From Eubacteriales bacterium (lineage in GTDB: Bacteria > Bacillota > Clostridia > Oscillospirales > CAG-272), in the NCBI GenBank assembly GCA_045533505.1, contig JAZSHY010000010.1, positions 11,952 through 75,951 on the forward strand: DNA of 64,000 bases. Direction: 5' to 3'. Under the pieces are notes generated by a model. It saw only the letters and a program-made list of their open reading frames with translations. It ran no database searches and was not told the DNA's origin. Both the position numbers and the translations under genes were made by a program. Positions 41,489 through 52,108 of this stretch are shown one piece after another (positions within the stretch are counted from its first letter, which is position 1; every line of letters starts with the position of its first letter).

Positions 41489-41661
41489 ACGGCCCTCCTT
41501 TTTTTCTCAGTATAGCAGATGCCGGAGAAAAAAGCAAGGCGCCTCAAAAAATCCCTTCTGCTCTTGACTTTATCCTTCATCTGTTATATGATATAATGTG
41601 TATTAAAGTGGGACTTGCCCCGCTTCAAAGATTGGCCGCGGTGGCCGGAAAGAGAACTACT

Positions 41662-42408
41662 ATGCTTTTTGATATACTTCAAAACGGACTGTATACCACA
41701 AAAATCGCCCCAGGGGCAGAAACGGTGCCCGTCTACTTTTTGCTTTTTATCCTTCTCATCCCTTATCTTCTCGGCAGCCTTAACAGTGCCGTGATGGTAT
41801 CGCGGCTTCTGTATCACGAGGATATCCGAGCAAAGGGAAGCGGCAACGCCGGCCTCACCAACGTTTTTCGCGTTTACGGCAAGCGCGCTGCCCTTTTCAC
41901 CCTCCTCGGTGACATTTTGAAGACCGTTCTTTCTATCGGCCTCACCGTCCTTTTCTTCGGGATTCACTACCGTGCCGGCCTTTCGTACAGCCCCCTTTGC
42001 TATATTGCCGGCTTCGCCTGCGTCATAGGGCACATAAAGCCCGCGTATTACCGCTTCCGCGGCGGAAAGGGCGTTCTGACCTCGGCTACCGCTATTCTGC
42101 TTCTTGCGCCCCCTGTTTTTCTGGTAGCCTTTGCCGTTTTCGCCATTGTTGTCTTTTTCACCAAATACATCTCGCTCGGCTCTATTATCTCGGCGGCAGC
42201 TCTCCCTCTGCTTTTTCAAGGATATATGCAGGCCTTCATCTATTCGGGCGATGAGCAGCACTTTTTCGAAGGGGGCATCGTCCTTTTCGTGCTTCTTTAT
42301 TCTATCACAGTAATTCTCTGCCACCGCGCCAACATCGGGCGGCTTTTGCGTCATGAAGAGAATAAATTCTCCTTTCACCGAGAAAAAAGCGGAGATTCAC
42401 ACAAATGA
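41662..42408 (+). CDS. plsY: Glycerol-3-phosphate 1-O-acyltransferase
   Basis: YLLGS, GSGNAGLTN, GH...FRGGKGV and HRANIGRL. Confidence 0.95.
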   Translation: MLFDILQNGLYTTKIAPGAETVPVYFLLFILLIPYLLGSLNSAVMVSRLLYHEDIRAKGSGNAGLTNVFRVYGKRAALFTLLGDILKTVLSIGLTVLFFGIHYRAGLSYSPLCYIAGFACVIGHIKPAYYRFRGGKGVLTSATAILLLAPPVFLVAFAVFAIVVFFTKYISLGSIISAAALPLLFQGYMQAFIYSGDEQHFFEGGIVLFVLLYSITVILCHRANIGRLLRHEENKFSFHREKSGDSHK

Positions 42409-43595
42409 CGGGCACAGGAAAGACCGACACCCTTCTTTCACTCATTGAGGCTGCCGCCGATAGCGGAAAGCTAAAAAAGCTCGTACTTTCCCGCCCGTAT
42501 GAGGGCTCGGCTCTGCGCGAGGTTGGAAGGCTTTGCCTTCACCGTGGGACAAGGGTTCTGGCCTTTGAGACCTCCTTCCCCGACGGAAAGGTGCACCACA
42601 GCCGTCTTTCGCTCCCGCTGAAAAAGCCTCAATTGTGGGAAAGACTTTCCTCATATGCACAGATTAACCTTATCACCACCGACGGAAATGTCGAATACCG
42701 CCGTGCCGCAAGCGGCGCCGAGAATCTTCTTGCGCCGCGCGACCTTGCGGGGCGTTTATCGTCTTTGGGAATGTCTCTCCCCCTCTCGGAGCTGAACCGC
42801 AAAAAGCAGTACATTCTTTCCGGCAACGAGGCGTTTCTCAAGGGACTGGAAATCAGCGATGCAAACGGGCGCGTACACGACAAAAAACAGGCAAAATTCC
42901 GTCAAATCAACCGTTTTCTCGAACATCTCCGTGAGGTGGAGCCAGCTCTGCCGCAGGAGGGCGTTCTCCGCATCTTTGACCTTTGTTGCGGAAAAAGCTA
43001 TCTGAGCTTTGCCGTTTACCATTATTTCACAGCAATCAAGGGGCGCGAGGTTGACATGCTTTGCGTAGACCTCAAGCAGGATGTAATTGATTTTTGCGCC
43101 GATGAGGCTAAAAAACTTGGTTTTTCCGGCATGCGCTTTCTTTGCGACGATGTAAGGCGGACGCCGCGCGAGGTCCCACATCTCGTGCTTTCCCTGCACG
43201 CCTGCGACATTGCCACCGACCTTGTGCTGGAGACCGCTATTGCGCTTGGAGCAAAAGCGATTCTCTCCACTCCCTGCTGCCACCGCACGCTGGGAAAATT
43301 CCTTTCGGCCATGCCGCTTTCCTTTGTCAGCCGTGAGCCGCAGCTCCGCGTAAAGCTTTGCGAGGCTCTGACCGACGGTCTCAGAGTCCTGCGCCTTGGG
43401 GCCGCCGGATACCGCGTCACAGCACTTGAGCTGACCGACCCGGAAAATACACCGAAAAACACACTTTTACGCGCGGTTCATGACAAAGCCCCGGGAGCCG
43501 AGGCGCGGAGATGCGAGGCGCAAAAGGAATATGAGGCCGCCCTCGCTTATCTTCTTGGAGAGCATACCGAGGACTATTTGGCCGCCATACACTAA
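42405..43595 (+). CDS. SAM-dependent methyltransferase
   Basis: KFRQINRFLE, DLCCGKSYL, LHACDIATD and PCC motifs. Confidence 0.9.
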   Translation: MTGTGKTDTLLSLIEAAADSGKLKKLVLSRPYEGSALREVGRLCLHRGTRVLAFETSFPDGKVHHSRLSLPLKKPQLWERLSSYAQINLITTDGNVEYRRAASGAENLLAPRDLAGRLSSLGMSLPLSELNRKKQYILSGNEAFLKGLEISDANGRVHDKKQAKFRQINRFLEHLREVEPALPQEGVLRIFDLCCGKSYLSFAVYHYFTAIKGREVDMLCVDLKQDVIDFCADEAKKLGFSGMRFLCDDVRRTPREVPHLVLSLHACDIATDLVLETAIALGAKAILSTPCCHRTLGKFLSAMPLSFVSREPQLRVKLCEALTDGLRVLRLGAAGYRVTALELTDPENTPKNTLLRAVHDKAPGAEARRCEAQKEYEAALAYLLGEHTEDYLAAIH

Positions 43596-43604
43596 GGAGA
43601 CTGT

Positions 43605-44060
43605 ATGAAGGAATACCTTGTCCGTTCCACAGAGCAAACCGAGGCTCTTGGCCGCGCCATCGGGCAGGCTGCCCTCGCCTCGGGCAGACGCCGCCTCTTT
43701 TTTGCACTTTTCGGTGAGATGGGAGTAGGCAAAACCGCCTTTACCCGTGGCATAGCATCAGCCGTATCCCCGAGCTCGCAGGTGAGAAGCCCTACCTATA
43801 CCGTGGTAAACGAATACCGCGGCGGTACTCTCCCCATCTTTCACTTTGATATGTACCGCATAGAGGACGGTGACGACCTTGCCTCGGTGGGATATACCGA
43901 CTACCTCGCAAAGGACGGATACATCGTATGCGAATGGAGCGAAAATATACTTGACGAGCTACCGAGCGATGCTCTTTTTATTACCATAGAGCGCACAGAG
44001 AGTGAAGAAGAACGAAAAATCACCGTGAAGGGAGACGGCTATGAAGATATTATGCCTTGA
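43605..44060 (+). CDS. tsaE: t6A biosynthesis ATPase
   Basis: GEMGVGKT, SPTY, HFDMYR and EW. Confidence 0.96.
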   Translation: MKEYLVRSTEQTEALGRAIGQAALASGRRRLFFALFGEMGVGKTAFTRGIASAVSPSSQVRSPTYTVVNEYRGGTLPIFHFDMYRIEDGDDLASVGYTDYLAKDGYIVCEWSENILDELPSDALFITIERTESEEERKITVKGDGYEDIMP

Positions 44061-44766
44061 CACCACCGCCGTTACCGCCTCCGCAGCTGTCACCGAGGAC
44101 GATACCCTTCTGGCCGAATATACCGTGGCGGGAGGTGGGCGTTCACACTGTGAGCTGCTCATGCCCATGGTGCATTCGCTTCTCTCCTCTCTTTCCTTAA
44201 CGGCTGACGATATTCAGCTCTTTGCCACATGCGCCGGCCCCGGCTCCTTCACGGGGGTACGCATCGGCATCTCGCTCATCAAGGGATTAGCCTTCGGGAG
44301 AGGCAAGCCTTGCGCTGCCGTCTCTTCCCTTTGGGCTCTGGCAGAGGGGCTTTCGCCGCTTGAGGGGCTTATCTGCCCTGTGATGGATGCACGCCGCCAG
44401 CAGGTATATAACGCGCTCTTCCGCCGCGAGGGTGATACGCTCACCCGTCTTACCCCCGACAGAGCCATCGGTGCCGCCGAGCTCGCAGAGGAGATAGCGC
44501 GATGCTATCCCGGTGAGACCTGCATGCTTGCAGGCAACGGCATCGGCGTGGCCGCACCCGCCCTTTGCGAGAGGGGCGTTTCGCTCTTTAAGACACCCTA
44601 TCTCCTTGAAAAGCCGCATGCTGCGGCTGCCGCGCGCTGCGCTCTTCGCATGTGGGAGAGAGGCGAGCTCACAAGCGACTCAGAGCTCCGTCCGCTTTAT
44701 CTGCGCTTACCCCAAGCGGAGCGTGAACGGCTCGAAAGACTGAAAAAACAAAACGAAACCGATTAA
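44041..44766 (+). CDS. tsaB: t6A biosynthesis subunit
   Basis: [15 protein letters not shown] and PLYLR. Confidence 0.96.
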   Translation: MKILCLDTTAVTASAAVTEDDTLLAEYTVAGGGRSHCELLMPMVHSLLSSLSLTADDIQLFATCAGPGSFTGVRIGISLIKGLAFGRGKPCAAVSSLWALAEGLSPLEGLICPVMDARRQQVYNALFRREGDTLTRLTPDRAIGAAELAEEIARCYPGETCMLAGNGIGVAAPALCERGVSLFKTPYLLEKPHAAAAARCALRMWERGELTSDSELRPLYLRLPQAERERLERLKKQNETD

Positions 44767-44797
44767 AACGAGCAAAGACTACAAAAAGGAGACTATC

Positions 44798-45253
44798 ATG
44801 CGGAAAATTTTTCTTGGTGCAGACAGCGCCGGATTCACTCTCAAGGAGGACGTCAAGGCACATCTTGAGGAGAAAGGGTATTCCGTTGTCGACCTCGGTA
44901 CCGAAACCGCAGTGCCCTGCCACTATCCGATTTTCGCGGCAGCCGTAGCCCGTGCCGTGCAAGGAGAGCCAGACGCCTTCGGCATTCTCGTTTGCGGAAC
45001 GGGAATCGGAATGAGCATGGCGGCAGGCAGCTTCCGCGGTGTGCGCGCCGCACTCTGCGGCGATACCTTCTCTGCACGTATGGCGCGCCTTCATAACGAT
45101 GCCAATGTGCTCTGCCTCGGAGCCCGTGTTATCGGAAAGGGACTTGCCCTTGACATTGTGGACCTTTTTATGAGCACCGATTTTGAGGGAGGAAGACACG
45201 CCACCCGTGTAGACATGCTCCGCGCCCTTGAAAACGGAGAAGATATCGGTTAA
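44798..45253 (+). CDS. rpiB: Ribose-5-phosphate isomerase B
   Basis: CGTGIGM, HNDAN and FEGGRH. Confidence 0.93.
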   Translation: MRKIFLGADSAGFTLKEDVKAHLEEKGYSVVDLGTETAVPCHYPIFAAAVARAVQGEPDAFGILVCGTGIGMSMAAGSFRGVRAALCGDTFSARMARLHNDANVLCLGARVIGKGLALDIVDLFMSTDFEGGRHATRVDMLRALENGEDIG

Positions 45254-45298
45254 AGAAAGCGAACCAAGGAGACTGTCACATTCAGGTACAATCGAAAG

Positions 45299-45330
45299 AA
45301 AGGGAATTCCGCAAAAGCGGAATTCCCTTT
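45299..45330. terminator. Bidirectional terminator
   Basis: AAAGGGAATTCCGC-AAAA-GCGGAATTCCCTTT. Confidence 0.85.
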
Positions 45331-45332
45331 CT

Positions 45333-45905
45333 TTATAGGGTAGCAAAGCGTTCCACCGCCCTATCGGCTTCAAGACACCTTCCGTGCTCCAGAAGCTGAC
45401 GAGCGCGTATTCCTGCCCCAAGCCTTGTACCGTACTCCTCGATGAAGCTATATTCCCCAAGCGCCTTCTGGCTGACAAGGCTCCCCTCTCGATGCTCGCA
45501 AATCATAAGATAATAGGAAGACCTGTAATACAGTACTGTGCTTTTTTCACGGTAGCCGAGCTCCGAAAGCTGACGGCACACATCAAGAAGCAGTGAAAGC
45601 GAGGAAAAGCAATACAAGCTGTCCCCAGAAGACGGAAGCGATGGCGTGACCGATGTCTCTGCCTCCACAAGGGTTATGTACATTTCACAGCCGCCGCCGC
45701 GTGAGGGATAAATCTGCACAAAAATCTTTTCTCCGCCCGCATCAAACCCAGTCCTTTGCTTGGCTTCGTCAAGAATCTGCCAAAAGGCACTTCTCGTTTC
45801 TGTTTTGTCATAATCCATCGTATCATTGGAAAGACGGTAATGCTCCATGTCGGTGTTTGAAAGCGTAACCTTCAGCTTTTTTTCGCTGATACGCAAAAGC
45901 TCCAT
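45333..45905 (-). CDS. mecA: MecA-family ClpC adaptor
   Basis: MELLRISEKKLKVTL N-terminus and C-terminal EYG...LLEHG. Confidence 0.85.
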   Translation of the reverse strand: MELLRISEKKLKVTLSNTDMEHYRLSNDTMDYDKTETRSAFWQILDEAKQRTGFDAGGEKIFVQIYPSRGGGCEMYITLVEAETSVTPSLPSSGDSLYCFSSLSLLLDVCRQLSELGYREKSTVLYYRSSYYLMICEHREGSLVSQKALGEYSFIEEYGTRLGAGIRARQLLEHGRCLEADRAVERFATL

Positions 45906-46060
45906 ATTTGCGCCTCCCATGCATTCTTCCCTTTCATTATACGCATAGAAAGGAAAAAACGGAACCTCTAATTCCTGTCCCTTTTTCCGAATACAAGAAA
46001 AAACCTCCTGTCGCTTCCCTTTTCCGGAAAACGAAGGAGGTTTTGCTTTATAAAGAAAGC

Positions 46061-47467
46061 TCAGCTCTCTACCGTGTAGGTGGTGCCCTTCGGAGTATCG
46101 CGCAGAATCACACCGCGCTCGGCAAGCACGGCGCGGATGCGGTCTGCCTCCGCGTAATTCTTTTCCTTCTTGGCGGCGGCACGGGCAGCAATTTGTTCTT
46201 CAATCCAGGTGACCGTATCGCCGTCAAGGCTCTCTTCCTTCACAAAGCCGAAAAGCTCGGTCATCTCGGTAAGAAGCGCAGCGGCAACGCGGGCGGCTCC
46301 CAAGGAAAGATTCCCAGCCCCGAGTGCCTTGTTGACAAGCGACACAAGCTCAAAGAGGGCGGCTATCCCAGCACCCGTATTGAAATCGTCATCCATGCCC
46401 TCTATCATCGCCTCACGCGTGGCACGGAATTCGGCTACAAGAGCCTCCTCCTCGGGGCGGACTTCCCCCTCGGCGCTCTTCATATAAAACGCAAGCGAAT
46501 CGACACAGTGGAAAATGCGCTCCAGGGCGGCGGAGGACTGTGAGATTACCTCCTCCGAGAAATTGATGGGGCTGCGGTAATGCGAGGAAAGGAGAAAATA
46601 ACGAATAGGCAGATATCCATATTTTTCCGCCACCTCACGAACCGTAAAGAAATTGCCGAGCGACTTGGACATTTTGCGGTTGTCGATGTTGATATACCCG
46701 TTATGAAGCCAGAAATTGGCGAACTGTGCGCCGTTGCAGCATTCGGATTGTGCAATCTCATTCTCATGATGAGGGAAGATGAGGTCCTGCCCGCCGCAGT
46801 GAATGTCGATAGTTTTGCCGAGGTAACGCTTCACCATGGCCGAGCACTCAATATGCCAGCCGGGGCGTCCCTCGCCCCACGGAGAAGGCCAGGAGGGTTC
46901 TCCCGGCTTAGCCGCCTTCCAAAGCGCGAAATCAAGGGGATCCTCCTTTTTGTCGTTCACATCAATGCGCGCACCCGACTCAAGGTCCTCAATTGCCTGA
47001 CCGGAAAGCTTGCCGTAGCCCGGGAATTTTCGGGTGCGGAAATACACGTCTCCGTCCATAGGATAGGCATACCCCTGCTCAACGAGCCCCTTCACAATGC
47101 CGAGAATCGTTTCAATATTCTCGGTGGCATGCGGATGTACCGTAGCAGGGCGAACGCCGAGCCCCTTGGCATCGGTAAAGTATTCCTTGATGTAGCGCTC
47201 GGCGATTTCGGTATAGTCTACCCCTTCCTCATTGGCACGGCGAATGACCTTGTCATCAATATCGGTAAAGTTCTGCACAAAGGTAACCTGATATCCGCGG
47301 TATTCGAAATAACGGCGGAGCATATCGAAAATCACAAAGCAGCGCGCGTTCCCTACATGGAAGAAGTTATAGACGGTGGGACCGCATGCATACATTTTGA
47401 CCTTTCCCTCTTCAATCGGCACAAACGGCTCACGACGGGCCGTGAGGGTGTTGTAAAGTCTTATCAT
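46061..47467 (-). CDS. cysS: Cysteine--tRNA ligase
   Basis: CGPTVY, HVGN, GWHIEC and KMSKS. Confidence 0.98.
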   Translation of the reverse strand: MIRLYNTLTARREPFVPIEEGKVKMYACGPTVYNFFHVGNARCFVIFDMLRRYFEYRGYQVTFVQNFTDIDDKVIRRANEEGVDYTEIAERYIKEYFTDAKGLGVRPATVHPHATENIETILGIVKGLVEQGYAYPMDGDVYFRTRKFPGYGKLSGQAIEDLESGARIDVNDKKEDPLDFALWKAAKPGEPSWPSPWGEGRPGWHIECSAMVKRYLGKTIDIHCGGQDLIFPHHENEIAQSECCNGAQFANFWLHNGYINIDNRKMSKSLGNFFTVREVAEKYGYLPIRYFLLSSHYRSPINFSEEVISQSSAALERIFHCVDSLAFYMKSAEGEVRPEEEALVAEFRATREAMIEGMDDDFNTGAGIAALFELVSLVNKALGAGNLSLGAARVAAALLTEMTELFGFVKEESLDGDTVTWIEEQIAARAAAKKEKNYAEADRIRAVLAERGVILRDTPKGTTYTVES

Positions 47468-47526
47468 CGCAAAACCTCACATAGAAAATACTCTTATATT
47501 TACAGGTACATTATAACACTTTCTTC

Positions 47527-47928
47527 CTATTTGTCAAGAGATTTCCGCAAAGGACCGCGACTTTTTTCTTTCCCGAAGCGCGAAAGGCGCGAAAGGAGAG
47601 TATAGGCACCGCTTAGCAGGAGAAGAACCCCAAATATGCGGCGAGTGACAGACGGAGAGATATAGTTCAAAAAAAGCGAGCCGAAAACGGCCCCAAGTCC
47701 CCCGAAGCCGAGAAGGGGCAGAAAGCGCGAGGGGGAAAGGTGACCGCGCCGAAAATGCGAAAGGACGGAGGACGCAGAGGCGACAAAGAAAAAGAGGAGA
47801 TTCAGCCCCTGCGCCTCGTGCCTGGCAAGCCCCATGACCTCGGTGAGATACAAAAGATAAAAGCCCCCGCTGCCGACGCCAAGCCCAGTGAGAAGTGCCG
47901 AGAAAAAAGCAACAAGCACCTCCATCAT
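47527..47928 (-). CDS. Half-size TauE/SafE (TSUP) membrane protein
   Basis: GLGVGSGG...AQGLNL, hydrophobic; overlaps the upstream partner (ATGA). Confidence 0.8.
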   Translation of the reverse strand: MMEVLVAFFSALLTGLGVGSGGFYLLYLTEVMGLARHEAQGLNLLFFFVASASSVLSHFRRGHLSPSRFLPLLGFGGLGAVFGSLFLNYISPSVTRRIFGVLLLLSGAYTLLSRLSRFGKEKSRGPLRKSLDK

Positions 47929-48305
47929 ACGAGAAGACGAACCCCCGAATACAGGAGCAACGCCGAAAGAAGAAGGTCAATGCCAAGCGTGGGGAGACGC
48001 CCAAGAAGATAGGTGCCGAGGGCACCGCCCACCAAGGCGGGAAGCAGGACGGGGAGAATGGCGACGTTCTCAATGTACCCGTTTATTTTGTAAAGTATGA
48101 TTGACAAAAAAGAGAAAAACATGACGCAAATCGTGGAAATCGCCATTGCGTTTTGCTTCTCATCGCGGTAAACCGCATTGAGAGACAGCGTCATCACCAT
48201 GCCGCCTCCTGTACCGAGAAGGCCGTTGACGAGCCCGCCGACAAGAGCCGCAAGCGGCAAAAGCCGCTCGCCTCTTTTCCTTTTTTTCGCGATGGTTTTT
48301 TTCAT
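47925..48305 (-). CDS. Half-size TauE/SafE (TSUP) membrane protein
   Basis: GLVNGLLGTGGG motif and about 4 TM helices. Confidence 0.82.
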   Translation of the reverse strand: MKKTIAKKRKRGERLLPLAALVGGLVNGLLGTGGGMVMTLSLNAVYRDEKQNAMAISTICVMFFSFLSIILYKINGYIENVAILPVLLPALVGGALGTYLLGRLPTLGIDLLLSALLLYSGVRLLV

Positions 48306-48533
48306 TTACTGCTCGCCCCTCTGTGACCGGCACGGGATGCAGGAGCCCCGCCGGGGATTTTCGCCTCTTTATACATACTTTTAAATTTTACGGTAAAAAT
48401 AGGAGACGACACTTGTTTTTTCGTTTCAAATTTGGTATCATTATAAGTGTCCGTCATAAAACAAAAGCTATACACTGCCGATATACGGCATTTTCTTACA
48501 GTGTTCCACCTCACCAAAGGAAAGGATTTTCTC

Positions 48534-51467
48534 ATGGGTCTTACATCTTTTTTCTCAGAAAAAAAACAAAAGAAAAAACAGAAAAAGGCAAAGCCCATTC
48601 CCAGCACGCAAAGAGAGCGCGAGGAGCAAGTAGCCGAACGGCTCAGCCGTCGCGAGGCACGCAGTGACCCGAATAGCAAGCTGAACATTGCCATGCCCTA
48701 CATATGGGGTGCTTTGGCTGTTTTTCTCGGCCTTTGCCTTTATACACCGGGAGGCGGCTTTGTGGGACAGCTGCTTCGCTTCCTCTTTCTTTCTTTTTTC
48801 TCTTATGCCGCCTATATCATGCCCATAGCCCTGTTTATCACGGCACTTACCTGGCGGAAAGCGATTGCCGAGCGCACCCTTTTACGCCGCACACTTCTCT
48901 TCCTCTTTTCGCTTTTCCTCGTTCTTGCCCTGTTGTATGTTCTCTCGCTTCCAAAGGAAGCGCTTTTTGGGGAAATTTCCAAAAGTGAGGTGCCGCTTGA
49001 GGGCGGCTCCTACTTCTCCTATTCGCACCCCGTTGCCCTGCGCGGAGGCTTTATCGGAGCCTTGGTCGGCTGGGTGCTGTACCGTCTTGTCGGCCCTGTG
49101 CTTACGATTATTCTGGCTGCCCTCTCGGTTCTCCTATACGGTATTTTCGGCTTTGGCTTCAGCCCCGATGCCATCTTCCGTTCCTTCTTCCGTTTCTTAA
49201 AGGAAAAAAGACTCAACCATAAATCGCGGGAAGAAGCATCGACAGACGGCAACTCTTATGAAAGTGCTTTGGGCTTTGTCGCCGAAGCCGAGCCGAAAGG
49301 CGAGGGCAATGGCACATCGCCGAGCGAACCGCTCGGCGAAACCATCTCCCACGAGGAAACCGAACGAAGACGGCGCTTTGACGATATTTTTGCCGAAACC
49401 CGCGGTGCCCACGAAAGTGAAGCGGCGGATGCCGCTGTCTCCGAGCAGTCGCTCCGCGAGCGTGACGAGAATCATGCCTCTTATAAGGAGCAAAAAATCC
49501 GCGAACGCCTTCGCAAGCATGACGGAGTTCACACCTATGCCGTTTCGGACCTTTGCGCCACCAGCATTACCGAACCGCAGCAGGCTCCCCTTAATGCAGG
49601 AGGCACCGTAGGAGGCGGCGTCACCCATATGAGCGCGGAGGTGCTCTCGCAGGCAACCGCCGCCCCCGAGGTTGGCGAAGCAGATACCGCCTTCCGCGGC
49701 GTGGAGGATTTTCGCCGTATTACCGTGACAGAGCCTGTGCGCGTGCACAGTGCGCCATCCTCGACCTTGCAAGCCTCTGCCTATCGGGAGGAGGGGGCCA
49801 TCGGGACGGTGGCCTCGCCCCTCTCCTCCGCCGAGGCTCCCGCCGCCCCCACCGCGCTCTCAAGAATCTATGCGCCCACAGGGGCTGCCGAGGAGCGTGC
49901 CGTCATACGGGAGGCAGGCCGAGAGGTAGACAGGGCCGGCTCCTATTCTACCGAGCCGAGAGAGGTCAAAAAGACGTCCTCCGCAGCCTACGAGTACCCT
50001 TCCCTCTCGCTTCTCAGAATCCCTGCGCTGAACGAGGAAAACGACCAGGAGGAAATCCAGAAAAACGCGGATACCCTGGTAAGGACGCTTGAAAGCTTTG
50101 GTATTCCGATTACGATAACAGGCTACACGCGCGGCCCTCGCATCACCCGCTATGAGTTTGTGCAAAAGGCCGGTATCCGCGTGGCAAAGGTCGCCTCCTA
50201 CGCCGATGATATTACGCAAAAGCTAAGCACACAGGGTGTTCGCATTGAGGCCCCCATACCCAACAAAAGCTCTATTGGGGTGGAGGTGCCGAACCGAAAA
50301 TCTCCCCCCGTCCGTATCCGTTCCCTTCTGGACACCGACACCTTCCGCGATGCCGAATCAAAAACCACCGTCGCGGTGGGCTGCGACGTTACGGGAACCC
50401 CTGTCTTCTTTGACATCGCAAAGGCTCCGCATATGCTGATTGCCGGTGCCACCGGCATGGGTAAATCGGTGTGTATCAACTCGCTTTTGATAAGCCTTCT
50501 TTATAAGGCCTCACCCGAGGAGGTGCGCCTCATTCTCATAGACCCCAAGAAGGTGGAATTCAATGTGTATTCCAAAATTCCTCACCTTCTGATACCCGTG
50601 GTCACAGACCCGAACAAGGCGGCAGGTGCCCTCAACTGGGCGGTCAATGAGATGGAAAAGCGCTACGATATGATTGAATCGGCCAGTGTCCGTGACATTA
50701 AGGGCTACAACGCCTACTGCGTGGCCAATGGCATGGAGCCGTTGCCAAAGATTGTCATCGTGATTGATGAGCTCAATGACCTTATGATGTCGGCGCGTAA
50801 AATTGTGGAAGCCTCCATCTGCCGCATTGCGCAAAAGGCTCGTGCCGCCGGAATTCACTTGATTATCGGTACGCAACGCCCCTCGGTCAATGTCATTACG
50901 GGTGATATCAAGGTCAATATTCCCGCCCGCATTGCCTTCCGAGTCAATCAGCAGGTTGACTCGCGCACCATTCTCGATATGCAGGGAGCTGAAAAGCTCC
51001 TCCCCCACGGCGATATGCTCTTCTCCCCCGCAGGCACACCTCAGCGCGTCCAGGGTGCCTTTGTGGAGGATGAAGAGGTCAAAGCCGTAGCCTCCTTCCT
51101 TGCCCAGCACGTCGGTGCCGCCGTATTTGACGACACCATTCTTGCGGATATTGAGAAGGAAGCCGCCAAATGTGCCCAGAAAAACGGCGATGACGACGAG
51201 GGCGAGGTCGGCGGCAATGTCCTTGACGGCGTTCTTGACGACCCTAAGTTTGAGCAGGCCTTGGATATTGCCTTCTCGACGGGGAGCATCTCCACCTCAC
51301 TCCTTCAGCGAACCATCGGGGTGGGCTTTGGCCGCGGTGCCCGCTTTATAGACGCGATGTACAAGCTTGGCATTGTGGGCGAGGCCAAGGGCGGCGCGAG
51401 ACCGCGTGAGCTGCTTATCAGCCGTGCCGAATACGAGGCGCGCCGAAACGGCGCTTATGACGACTAA
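48534..51467 (+). CDS. ftsK: DNA translocase FtsK/SpoIIIE
   Basis: N-terminal TM domain, long linker, GATGMGKS, IDELNDLM, RAAGIHL and gamma domain. Confidence 0.97.
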   Translation: MGLTSFFSEKKQKKKQKKAKPIPSTQREREEQVAERLSRREARSDPNSKLNIAMPYIWGALAVFLGLCLYTPGGGFVGQLLRFLFLSFFSYAAYIMPIALFITALTWRKAIAERTLLRRTLLFLFSLFLVLALLYVLSLPKEALFGEISKSEVPLEGGSYFSYSHPVALRGGFIGALVGWVLYRLVGPVLTIILAALSVLLYGIFGFGFSPDAIFRSFFRFLKEKRLNHKSREEASTDGNSYESALGFVAEAEPKGEGNGTSPSEPLGETISHEETERRRRFDDIFAETRGAHESEAADAAVSEQSLRERDENHASYKEQKIRERLRKHDGVHTYAVSDLCATSITEPQQAPLNAGGTVGGGVTHMSAEVLSQATAAPEVGEADTAFRGVEDFRRITVTEPVRVHSAPSSTLQASAYREEGAIGTVASPLSSAEAPAAPTALSRIYAPTGAAEERAVIREAGREVDRAGSYSTEPREVKKTSSAAYEYPSLSLLRIPALNEENDQEEIQKNADTLVRTLESFGIPITITGYTRGPRITRYEFVQKAGIRVAKVASYADDITQKLSTQGVRIEAPIPNKSSIGVEVPNRKSPPVRIRSLLDTDTFRDAESKTTVAVGCDVTGTPVFFDIAKAPHMLIAGATGMGKSVCINSLLISLLYKASPEEVRLILIDPKKVEFNVYSKIPHLLIPVVTDPNKAAGALNWAVNEMEKRYDMIESASVRDIKGYNAYCVANGMEPLPKIVIVIDELNDLMMSARKIVEASICRIAQKARAAGIHLIIGTQRPSVNVITGDIKVNIPARIAFRVNQQVDSRTILDMQGAEKLLPHGDMLFSPAGTPQRVQGAFVEDEEVKAVASFLAQHVGAAVFDDTILADIEKEAAKCAQKNGDDDEGEVGGNVLDGVLDDPKFEQALDIAFSTGSISTSLLQRTIGVGFGRGARFIDAMYKLGIVGEAKGGARPRELLISRAEYEARRNGAYDD

Positions 51468-51490
51468 TCTTCTTTCAGGAGGAGACCTTC

Positions 51491-52108
51491 ATGGTATACG
51501 TACTTCTTGCCGAGGGATTTGAGGAAATAGAGGCCATTGCCCCCGTGGACATTCTGCGGCGCGGTGGCATAGAGGTAAAAACCGTGGGAATCACGGGAAA
51601 AACCGTCGGCGGCTCACACGGAATTCCCGTTATTGCCGACATTCTCCCCGAGGAGGTCACGGGCGAGGATATGGAAATGCTTATCTTCCCGGGGGGACTC
51701 CCCGGCACCGTAAATCTCCACGAATCCCCCCACACAGACAGCCTTCTTGCCATGGCAGAGGAGAAGGGGGCTCACATTGCCGCCATCTGCGCCGCCCCCT
51801 CGATTCTTGGATGCCGAGGTCTTCTCCGCGGCCTTTGCGCCACCTCCTACCCAAGCTCCGACTTCCGAGCACAGCTGAGGGATGCCCTCGTCACCGACAC
51901 CCGTGTGGTGACGGACGGACGCATCACAACGGCGGCGGGCATGGGGGTTGCCAATGCCTTTGCCCTGCAGCTGCTTACGGTGCTCCGCGGTGAGGCTGCG
52001 GCACTCGCGGTTGCCGAGAGCGCCCTCATTGACCTGCCGGAGGATACTCTTTTCTTCGGGGAAAACGGTGAGGATTCCTCTGCCGCCGAGGATAGCGGGG
52101 TGTCATGA
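51491..52108 (+). CDS. DJ-1/PfpI (ThiJ) family protein
   Basis: GFEEIEA, PGG and AAICAAP. Confidence 0.93.
   Translation: MVYVLLAEGFEEIEAIAPVDILRRGGIEVKTVGITGKTVGGSHGIPVIADILPEEVTGEDMEMLIFPGGLPGTVNLHESPHTDSLLAMAEEKGAHIAAICAAPSILGCRGLLRGLCATSYPSSDFRAQLRDALVTDTRVVTDGRITTAAGMGVANAFALQLLTVLRGEAAALAVAESALIDLPEDTLFFGENGEDSSAAEDSGVS

Noticed and set aside
47468-47526. Expected Cys T-box before cysS
   Set aside because: The gap is only 59 bp and has no T-box motif.
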